From Delftia acidovorans NBRC 14950 (lineage in GTDB: Bacteria; Pseudomonadota; Gammaproteobacteria; Burkholderiales; Burkholderiaceae_C): 32,000 bases of DNA. The first letter of the stretch is position 1. Every line of letters starts with the position of its first letter. The stretch spans positions 120,001-152,000 of the forward strand of contig NZ_BCZP01000010.1 of assembly GCF_001598795.1 (NCBI RefSeq). Reading direction: 5' to 3'. A program made the translations under genes and the position numbers. Shown here one piece after another: positions 1 to 6,070 of this stretch. The notes under the pieces are model-generated. The model did not search any database, was not told where the DNA came from, and saw only the letters and a list, made by a program, of their open reading frames with translations.

Positions 1-878
1 TGCTGCGCTGCCTGGTAGATGCCCGCATCATGCGTGAGATAGCAGCCGGGGCGCAGCACCAGATCCAGGGGGCCGCCAATGTCGGCCTTGCCGAATTCCT
101 GGGCCACCACGTCGTACCAGGCCGAGCCGGCCCCCGTGAGCACGGCCGGGCTGCGCTGCAATCGTCCATCACCTGCGAGCCGCTCAAGCCAGTGAACGGC
201 GCGCCGCAGCAGGGTGCGGATGGCATCCTCTTCCTTGAGCACGCCCTCGTAGACCTCGATGCCGGCCAGCCGCACGGCCGCGCCAGCCCTTGCCAGCGCA
301 TCCAGCAGCGGCTGCATCTGCGCATCAGAGCGCACACCCGTGCGCCCGCCGGGCGGGCCCAGCTCGATCAGCACCTGCACGGACTGGCCCGCCGCGCCAA
401 AGAAGGCCGCCAGTTGCTCGACCTGCTCGGCGCAGTCCACCAGGCAGAAGAACTCAAAACCGGGATCGGCCAGCAGCTCGGCCACGGCGGCCATATTGCG
501 CCGTCCGATCAGCTGGTTGGCCATGAGCACGCGGCGCACGCCGTGGGCATGGGCCACGCGTGTCTGCTGGGCGGTCGCCAAGGTGATGCCCCAGGCGCCC
601 GCATCGATCTGCTGGCGGAACAGGCGGGGCGCCATGGTCGTCTTGCCGTGGGGCGCGAGCTTGGCGCCGTAGGCGTCCACAAAGCGCTGCATCCAGGCAA
701 GGTTGTGCGCCAGGCGCGACTGCGAGAGCACGGCGGCCGGCAGGCCCAGATCCTCGCGCAGCAGGTTCCAGCCCTGCGCTGCGGCGTCCTGCGGCGTGCA
801 GGGCGCCGACAGTGCACCCAGGCCCTTGTCGAGCGGGCTGACCACGTCGGCCATGCCTGCTGTGCTTGCTTCACTCAT
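1..878 (-). CDS. PLP-dependent D-serine dehydratase-like / D-threonine aldolase-like enzyme (alanine racemase N-terminal fold), partial; C-terminus lies outside the window
   Basis: The minus frame is open from the window edge to the ATG at 878-876. It is absent from the ORF track because it runs off the edge. Translation begins MSEASTAGMADVVSPLDKGLGALSAPCTPQDAAAQGWNLLREDLGLPAAVLSQSRLAHNLAWMQRFVDAYGAKLAPHGKTTMAPRLFRQQIDAGAWGITLAT. The HGKT motif looks like the PLP-lysine of this fold. A GGGGAG Shine-Dalgarno (SD) sits 4 nt upstream and GC3 bias is strong. Confidence 0.75.
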   Translation of the reverse strand, partial: MSEASTAGMADVVSPLDKGLGALSAPCTPQDAAAQGWNLLREDLGLPAAVLSQSRLAHNLAWMQRFVDAYGAKLAPHGKTTMAPRLFRQQIDAGAWGITLATAQQTRVAHAHGVRRVLMANQLIGRRNMAAVAELLADPGFEFFCLVDCAEQVEQLAAFFGAAGQSVQVLIELGPPGGRTGVRSDAQMQPLLDALARAGAAVRLAGIEVYEGVLKEEDAIRTLLRRAVHWLERLAGDGRLQRSPAVLTGAGSAWYDVVAQEFGKADIGGPLDLVLRPGCYLTHDAGIYQAAQ

Positions 879-936
879 ACGACTCCCCATTGATGGATGG
901 GTGCCAGCATAGGGCAAGGCAGGTGGCCGCCCACGC

Positions 937-962
937 AAAAACGCCCCGCGTTGCGGGGCGTT
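937..962 (-). terminator. Rho-independent terminator downstream of the OmpA-family gene
   Basis: On the minus strand the sequence is AACGCCCCGC-AAC-GCGGGGCGTT followed by TTTTTGCG. That is a 10-bp GC-rich stem, a 3-nt loop and a T-run, about 20 nt after the stop at 984. Confidence 0.7.
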
Positions 963-983
963 GCATCCGGGCCAGAGCCGGGA

Positions 984-1709
984 TCAGCGGGGCTGCTGGT
1001 ACTGGGGCTGGTATTGCGGCTGCTGGTACTGCGGCTGCTGTTGATACTGGGGCTGCTGCTGTTGCTGCGGGATCTCGCCCACGAAGATTTCAACGCGGCG
1101 GTTCATGGCACGGCCGCTGGCCGAGTCGTTGGAAGCCACGGGCTGGTGCGAGCCACGGCCTTCGGTGGCGATGCGAGCGCCCGAGACGCCGCGCATGGTC
1201 AGGTAGTTGCGCGTGCTGTTGGCGCGGTCCAGCGACAGCGGGTTGTTGATGGCGTCCGAGCCGGTGCTGTCCGTGTGGCCGATGATGCGCACCTCGGCAT
1301 TGGGGTTGTTGCGCAGGCCTTCGGCGAAGCGGTCCAGGATGGGGGCGAAGTTGCCCTTGATGTCGGAACGGTTGGTATCGAACGAGATGTCGCTGGGAAT
1401 GTCGAGCTTGAGCTGGTTGTCAGCCGTCTGGCTCACGTTCACGCCCGTGCCCTGGGTGGCCTGCTCCATCTCGCGCTTTTGCTTTTCCATGTTCTGCGAC
1501 CAGATGTAGGTGCCCAGTGCACCCACGCCGGCACCGATCACGGCGCCCGTGCCGGCCCTGCCGCCGGTGACCGCGCCCAGCACGGCGCCGGCCGCAGCGC
1601 CCACGCCAGCGCCCGTGGCCGTGCGGCGCTGGGTGTCGCTCATGTTCGCGCAGCCGGAGATGAACAGTGCGGCAGCCGTTGCGGCGGCCAGAACGATGTG
1701 CTTGCGCAT
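984..1709 (-). CDS. OmpA-family lipoprotein with N-terminal glycine-zipper segment and a Gln/Pro/Tyr-rich C-terminal tail
   Basis: I chose the internal ATG at 1709 of ORF 984..1787 because it is preceded by AAGGAG. The protein starts MRKHIVLAAATAAALFISGC (lipobox), then has the Gly-zipper GAGVGAAAGAVLGAVTGGRAGTGAVIGAGVGALG. The OmpA C-like motifs are IIGHTDSTGSDAINNPLSLDRANSTRNYL and NRRVEIFV. Confidence 0.9.
   Translation of the reverse strand: MRKHIVLAAATAAALFISGCANMSDTQRRTATGAGVGAAAGAVLGAVTGGRAGTGAVIGAGVGALGTYIWSQNMEKQKREMEQATQGTGVNVSQTADNQLKLDIPSDISFDTNRSDIKGNFAPILDRFAEGLRNNPNAEVRIIGHTDSTGSDAINNPLSLDRANSTRNYLTMRGVSGARIATEGRGSHQPVASNDSASGRAMNRRVEIFVGEIPQQQQQPQYQQQPQYQQPQYQPQYQQPR
987..1070 (-). 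repeat. In-frame imperfect tandem repeat encoding PQQQQQPQYQQQPQYQQPQYQPQYQQPR
   Basis: The plus strand shows reiterated CTGCTGGTACTG(G/C)GG-like units at the 3' end of the OmpA-family CDS. Confidence 0.8.
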
Positions 1710-1855
1710 GGGAAACTCCTTTTTGAATCTTGGGAACGCACCGTGCGGTAGCGCCAGGGTCCCCATTGTGGAAAGCAGGCTGAGCACAGCCTATCAGTGC
1801 GGGCAGGGCATACCCGTAGGACGGCGCCCGCTCCGCGAGGCTGCTTTCGGGTCCG

Positions 1856-2026
1856 TCACGGGCCGCTGCGATCCTGCCCGGGAGAGGGTTTGTCTGGAGA
1901 CGGGTGCGAATCCCGTGGCGTGTCCACGGGCAACTCGCCCTTGCGGCGCCCGGAGAACATGGTCCACCACACAATAGCGACCAGAATCACCAAGGCCAGC
2001 AGTGCTTCGAGCAAAATCAACCCCAT
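1856..2026 (-). CDS. Candidate small single-pass membrane protein (56 aa), family not recognised
   Basis: The internal ATG at 2026 of ORF 1856..2101 gives MGLILLEALLALVILVAIVWWTMFSGRRKGELPVDTPRDSHPSPDKPSPGQDRSGP. It has one hydrophobic helix followed by a basic cluster, consistent with the positive-inside rule. A strong SD, AGGAGGTGGAAATTC, lies directly before the ATG. The ORF is co-oriented with the downstream OmpA-family gene. Confidence 0.45.
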   Translation of the reverse strand: MGLILLEALLALVILVAIVWWTMFSGRRKGELPVDTPRDSHPSPDKPSPGQDRSGP

Positions 2027-3209
2027 GAATTTCCACCTCCTGCGCCATGCCGCGATGGCGCTGATTGTAGGGACGCTGGTCGCCTGCACGACCACCACCA
2101 AGCCGGTCTATGACCCTTCGCCCGTGCCCGACCTGCAGCCGGGAGGCCCGGTCACCGTGACACCCAGGCCCCCGCTGGTCACCAGCACCCCCACCAAGAG
2201 CCGCTGGATCGCGGCCGACTGGAGCGAATTGCCCGGCCTGCAGGAAGACGCGCTGCACGAAGCCTGGAATGCCTGGCTCAAGAACTGCGAACGGCCCAGC
2301 TCGGTCTTTGCGGGTCTGTGCCGGGACGTGCGCCAGCTGAGCATTGCCACGGGCGACGAGCAGCGCGCCTGGCTCATGGCCAATCTGCAGCCCTACCGCA
2401 TCGAAGCGCTGGGCGGTGGCCCGGACGGCATGCTGACCGCCTACTACGAGCCCCTGTTCGAGGCGCGGCGCCTGCCGGGCGACGGCTTCAACGTGCCGCT
2501 GTACAAGACGCCGGCCGGCGCCGGCTTCGGCAGCCGCAAGCCCTGGTTCTCGCGCCAGCAGATCGAGACGATGCCCGAGGCCCAGGCGGCCCTGGCAGGC
2601 CGCGCCATCGCCTGGCTGCGCGACCCCGTCGATGCGATGGTGCTGCACATCCAGGGATCGGGGCGCCTGAACATCACCGAGCCCACAGGCGCGCAACGCA
2701 CGATCCGCGTCGCCTTTGCGGGCACCAATGACCAGCCCTACAAGAGCGTGGGCCGCTGGCTGCTGGACCAGGGACTGGTGCGCGACGCCACCTGGCCCGG
2801 CATCAGCGCCTGGGTGGCTGCCAACCCCGGCCGCGTCAATGAAATGCTGTGGAGCAACCCGCGCTATGTCTTCTTCCGCGAGGAGCCGCTGGAAGGCCTG
2901 GACCTGCAATTCGGCCCCAAGGGCGCCCAGGGCGTGGCCCTGACCCCGGGCCGCTCCATCGCCGTGGACAAGCAGAGCATTCCCTACGGCACGCCGGTCT
3001 GGTTGTCCACATCCGGGCCCACCGTGGCCCTGAACCGCCTGGTATTCGCCCAGGACACTGGCAGCGCCATCGTCGGCGCCGTGCGCGCCGACTACTTCAT
3101 GGGCTGGGGACCCGAAGCCGGCGACCTGGCCGGCCGCATCAAGCAGAATCTGCGCCTTTGGGCCTTCTGGCCGCGGAGCCTTGCCAGCCAGGCGCCGCAC
3201 TTGAGGTGA
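2025..3209 (+). CDS. mltA: Membrane-bound lytic murein transglycosylase A
   Basis: I chose the internal start of ORF 1797..3209. It gives MNFHLLRHAAMALIVGTLVAC (lipobox) followed by MltA-type motifs: YYEPLFEARR, LHIQGSGRL, GTNDQPYKSVGRWL, NPRYVFFRE, LTPGRSIAVD and AQDTGSAIVGAVRADYFMGWG. The upstream part of the ORF is not coding-like. ATG 2055 is an alternative start. Confidence 0.9.
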   Translation: MNFHLLRHAAMALIVGTLVACTTTTKPVYDPSPVPDLQPGGPVTVTPRPPLVTSTPTKSRWIAADWSELPGLQEDALHEAWNAWLKNCERPSSVFAGLCRDVRQLSIATGDEQRAWLMANLQPYRIEALGGGPDGMLTAYYEPLFEARRLPGDGFNVPLYKTPAGAGFGSRKPWFSRQQIETMPEAQAALAGRAIAWLRDPVDAMVLHIQGSGRLNITEPTGAQRTIRVAFAGTNDQPYKSVGRWLLDQGLVRDATWPGISAWVAANPGRVNEMLWSNPRYVFFREEPLEGLDLQFGPKGAQGVALTPGRSIAVDKQSIPYGTPVWLSTSGPTVALNRLVFAQDTGSAIVGAVRADYFMGWGPEAGDLAGRIKQNLRLWAFWPRSLASQAPHLR

Positions 3210-3464
3210 CCCCCTGAGCGGCTACGCCGCTTCCCCCTCTCTACTCGCTTCGCGAGGGAGGGGGACGACAGCCTCGCTTTGGGGTGCGCCGGTTTTATCC
3301 TTTGCGCCAAGGCTCGCCCCGCATGGCACAAGACCAGCGCAGACACACCTCTATCCACTGTCCCTCGCTCTGGCGCGGCCCAACGCCAGGGGCGCCGAGC
3401 AAGAGCAGCCTCGCTGCGAGGGCGCCGTCCCCCTCAGGGGGAAGGCGCGCAGCGCCTCAGGGGG
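3210..3464. repeat. Structured intergenic repeat: two units in inverted (tail-to-tail) arrangement, same family as 15723 and 28360
   Basis: The left end is CCCCCTGAGCGGCTACGCCGCTTCCCCCT (3210-3238). The reverse complement of the right end is CCCCCTGAGGCGCTGCGCGCCTTCCCCCT (3464-3436). The internal modules GGGGGACG.C.CCCTCG and GCGAGGCTGCTCTTGCTCGGC are shared with the other copies. Confidence 0.85.
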
Positions 3465-5217
3465 TATCGAAGTACCTCGTGACGCGCGGCGGCTCCTTGC
3501 CCTTGTGATAGGCGAGCTTGCGGTCGCGCAGGGCCACGTCGGCGGCGGTGACGCGGTCGAAGCGGCGCAGGTGCTCGGTCCAGGACTCGTCGATGATCTG
3601 CTCCACGTAGCGCTCCGGGTGGCTCATGCTGTGCAGCAGGCTCCAGCCCAGCGCGCCCTGGCGCATGCGGCTGCGGCGGCTTTCCTGCATGAGGGCGCGG
3701 AAGGCCTCGGCCTGGGTGGGGTCGATCTGGTACTCGATGGTGACGACCACGCGGCCGGCTTCGGGGATGTTGACCTCGGGGCGCTGGAAGGCCTTGGAGG
3801 GACTCAAATCCTCCTCGATCTGGCGGTCGCGCACCAGGCGCTGGACCAGCAGCATGCAGACCACGCCGCTGGCAGCGGCCACCATGAGGCTGCCCCGCAC
3901 GCCCACCATGCTGGCCACCTGTCCCCAGAGCGCGGCGCCTGTCGCCGTACCCCCCATGATGGACATCTGGTAGATGGACATGCCGCGCGCCCGCACCCAG
4001 TTGGGCAAGGCCATCTGGGCCGAGACGCCCAGCACGTTGGCGGTGGAGATCAGCGCCATGCCGGCCAGCATCATGGCCGGCACGGCCATGTAGACATTGG
4101 GCGACAGGGCCACGGCCAGCGTGGCCAGCGCATGCACAGCAGAGCCCGACCGGATCAGACTTTCCTTGGACATGGCCTGGCGCAGGCGCGGCAGGAACAT
4201 GGCGCCCACGATGGCGCCCGCACCCATGGAGGCCAGCAGCAGCGTGAAGGTCTCGGCGCCGCCCCCGCCCTCGGTGGGGCCGTGCAGGCGCTGGGCCACC
4301 AGGGGCAGCAAGGCCATCACGGCCGTGCACTGCAGGAAGAAACACACCGTGCGCGCCAGCACCGCATGCATGCGGGGCGACTCGCGCACGAACTGCAGGC
4401 CCACGCGCATGGCCGAGGGCAGGCGCTCGCGGCCCAGCGGGTTGGCCACATGGCGGCGCTTCCAGCGGATCAGCACGATGCCCGAGAGGATGGACAGCAC
4501 GGCGTTCAGCACGAACACCCATGCGCTGCCCAGGCTGGCGATGATGGCGCCGGCCACCAGCGGGCCGATGATGCGCGATGCATTCATGGCCACCGCGTTC
4601 AGCGCCATGGCCGAAGGCAGGTGGTGCTTGGGCACGAGTTCGGGGATCAGCGCCGAGAACACGGGCCAGCGCATGGCCAGGCCGATGCCGTTGGCAAAGG
4701 TCAGCACCAGCAGCCAGTGCGCCGTCATCTGGCCGGACAGCACGAACAGGCACAGCACCAGGGCCACGGCCGCCACCCAGAACTGGGTGACGATGAAGTA
4801 GCGGCGCCGGTCCAGGATGTCGGCCAGCGCGCCGCTGGGCAGGCCCAGCAGGAAGACGGGCAGCGTGGAGGCCGATTGCACCAGGGCCACGAGCACGGGC
4901 GAGGTGGTCAGCGAGGTCATGAGCCAGGCCGCCGCCACATCGTTCATCCACATGCAGGTGTTGGCCGCCATCCAGATCAGCCACAGCATGCGGAAGGTGG
5001 GGCCGGACAGCGGCGCCCAGACGCCCTGCTGGGCCTGGGCCGTCTTCTGGCCTTCGGCCTCGGCAGCCGCCTTGTCGGCGGCCGTCATGCCTGACGGGTC
5101 TTCGATCAGGGTGCCCGGCGCCCCCATGCCCGAAGGCTCGGCCGGAGGCTGGGTGGAAGGCTCGGATTCGGAGGCAGGCGGCTGGGCGGGGACTGGTGTT
5201 GTTTGTTCTGCGGCCAT
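3457..5217 (-). CDS. MFS transporter (EntS-like / MFS_3 type) with a C-terminal soluble ferredoxin-like extension
   Basis: The 586-aa ORF has multiple hydrophobic helices after FRMLWLIWMAANTCMWMNDVAAAWLM and the motif GLPSGALADILDRRR. The last ~97 aa (VVVTIEYQIDPTQAEAFRALMQ...) are hydrophilic. The N-terminal ~60 aa are Pro/Glu/Ala-rich, so the start is uncertain; in-frame ATGs at residues 31 and 44 are alternatives. Confidence 0.85.
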   Translation of the reverse strand: MAAEQTTPVPAQPPASESEPSTQPPAEPSGMGAPGTLIEDPSGMTAADKAAAEAEGQKTAQAQQGVWAPLSGPTFRMLWLIWMAANTCMWMNDVAAAWLMTSLTTSPVLVALVQSASTLPVFLLGLPSGALADILDRRRYFIVTQFWVAAVALVLCLFVLSGQMTAHWLLVLTFANGIGLAMRWPVFSALIPELVPKHHLPSAMALNAVAMNASRIIGPLVAGAIIASLGSAWVFVLNAVLSILSGIVLIRWKRRHVANPLGRERLPSAMRVGLQFVRESPRMHAVLARTVCFFLQCTAVMALLPLVAQRLHGPTEGGGGAETFTLLLASMGAGAIVGAMFLPRLRQAMSKESLIRSGSAVHALATLAVALSPNVYMAVPAMMLAGMALISTANVLGVSAQMALPNWVRARGMSIYQMSIMGGTATGAALWGQVASMVGVRGSLMVAAASGVVCMLLVQRLVRDRQIEEDLSPSKAFQRPEVNIPEAGRVVVTIEYQIDPTQAEAFRALMQESRRSRMRQGALGWSLLHSMSHPERYVEQIIDESWTEHLRRFDRVTAADVALRDRKLAYHKGKEPPRVTRYFDTP

Positions 5218-5288
5218 GTGCCCCTGATTCTCGGCCCAAACGCGGGGGTGGCGCCAGAAATGGTTGTTGCACTAAGAACCACGATCAC

Positions 5289-5330
5289 CGCCTTGCACGG
5301 CAGGCGTTTTTTGCTCCTTTTGCAGGAGCA
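5289..5330 (+). other. Two adjacent hairpins around a T6 run, terminator-like when read on the plus strand
   Basis: CGCCT-TGCACGGC-AGGCG (5289-5306) is followed by TTTTTT (5307-5312). Then comes TGCTCCT-TTTGC-AGGAGCA (5312-5330). The element lies between the lrp stop (5379) and the MFS start (5217), both on the minus strand. Confidence 0.3.
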
Positions 5331-5378
5331 CACTGTCGCTTCGGCGCGACCTTCTTAGGCCAGTCCGCCGGCCTGTGG

Positions 5379-5882
5379 CTACTGGTCCGGCAGGCCCTTG
5401 CCCGCCATGGGCCCCAGCTGGGACAGGGGCAGCGCATGGCTGGACTTGATCTCGCCCAGCGAGAAACTGGTCTGCATGTCCTTCACATTGGGCAGGTTCA
5501 GCAGCGTGTTGCGCGCGAACTGCGCAAAGCTGTCCAGGTCGCGCGCCACCACCTGCAGCTCGAAGGTGCCGGTGCCGCTGATGTAGTGGCAGGTCACGAC
5601 CTCGGGCAGCTTGCGGATGGCGTCCTCCATCTCCAGCGTCAGCGTGCCGGCCGTGCGCACGGCATCGAGCCGCACGAAGGCCAGCACGCCCAGGCCGATC
5701 TTGTGGCGGTCGATGTCGGCGTGGTAGCCGCGGATGAAGCCCGCCTCCTCCAGCGCCCGCACACGGCGCCAGCAGGGCGCGGCCGACAGGCCCACGCGCT
5801 GGGCCAGCTCGGCATTGGTCAGCCGCGCATCGGCCTGCAGGTGGCCGAGGATGGCAATGTCGAATTTGTCCAAAGTTTGCAC
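5379..5882 (-). CDS. Lrp/AsnC-family transcriptional regulator
   Basis: The 167-aa protein begins (GTG start) MQTLDKFDIAILGHLQADARLTNAELAQRVGLSAAPCWRRVRALEEAGFIRGY, which is the HTH_AsnC region. A C-terminal RAM/AsnC_trans_reg-like part follows (FVRLDAV...VVTCHYISGTGTFELQV). Confidence 0.92.
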   Translation of the reverse strand: MQTLDKFDIAILGHLQADARLTNAELAQRVGLSAAPCWRRVRALEEAGFIRGYHADIDRHKIGLGVLAFVRLDAVRTAGTLTLEMEDAIRKLPEVVTCHYISGTGTFELQVVARDLDSFAQFARNTLLNLPNVKDMQTSFSLGEIKSSHALPLSQLGPMAGKGLPDQ

Positions 5883-5892
5883 AAAATACCGT

Positions 5893-5926
5893 TTTCAAGA
5901 AAGATTCTTGCCAAGAATACTTGAAA
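5893..5926. promoter_or_regulatory. Nested palindrome in the lrp/ior divergent intergenic region; candidate Lrp-type operator
   Basis: The sequence is TTTCAAGAAAGATTCTTG C CAAGAATACTTGAAA. The inner arms ATTCTTG/CAAGAAT and the outer arms TTTCAAG/CTTGAAA are both perfect. It lies in the most AT-rich stretch of the window, 11 nt from the lrp start. Confidence 0.4.
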
Positions 5927-6070
5927 CAGCGCAAAGAAAGCAAAGACCTATCAGACGAGCACGAATACACTGAAAAAAGGCGATTTGGTTCAGACAACGA
6001 GTGCCGTGCATGCCTCTTTCCCGTTCCGGGCAGGACATGACAGGGCGCCGACCATCGATGGAGACAAGCC

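Noticed and set aside
30-893. 287-aa plus-strand ORF at the left edge
   Set aside because: It is antisense to a much more protein-like minus-strand frame (a PLP enzyme with an HGKT motif, an SD and GC3 bias). Its translation is Arg/Ala/Gly/His-rich, typical of shadow ORFs in GC-rich DNA.
1797-2024. N-terminal extension of the mltA ORF, and similar long 5' extensions of the fmt (19147), pgk (21848), pyrF (25231), tctC-like (27065), secD (10342) and yajC (9927) ORFs
   Set aside because: The extensions are not coding-like, and several overlap upstream genes. The conserved family N-termini or signal peptides begin at the internal starts I chose.
3279-3508. Short ORFs (67-74 aa) inside the intergenic repeat at 3210-3464
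   Set aside because: They lie within a repeated, hairpin-rich, non-coding element. Equivalent frames are not preserved in the other repeat copies.
3434-5272. 612-aa alternative minus frame and the 529-aa plus ORF (3505..5094) overlapping the MFS gene
   Set aside because: Only the 3457..5217 frame yields hydrophobic helices and MFS motifs. The others are Arg/Pro/Gly/His-rich shadow frames.
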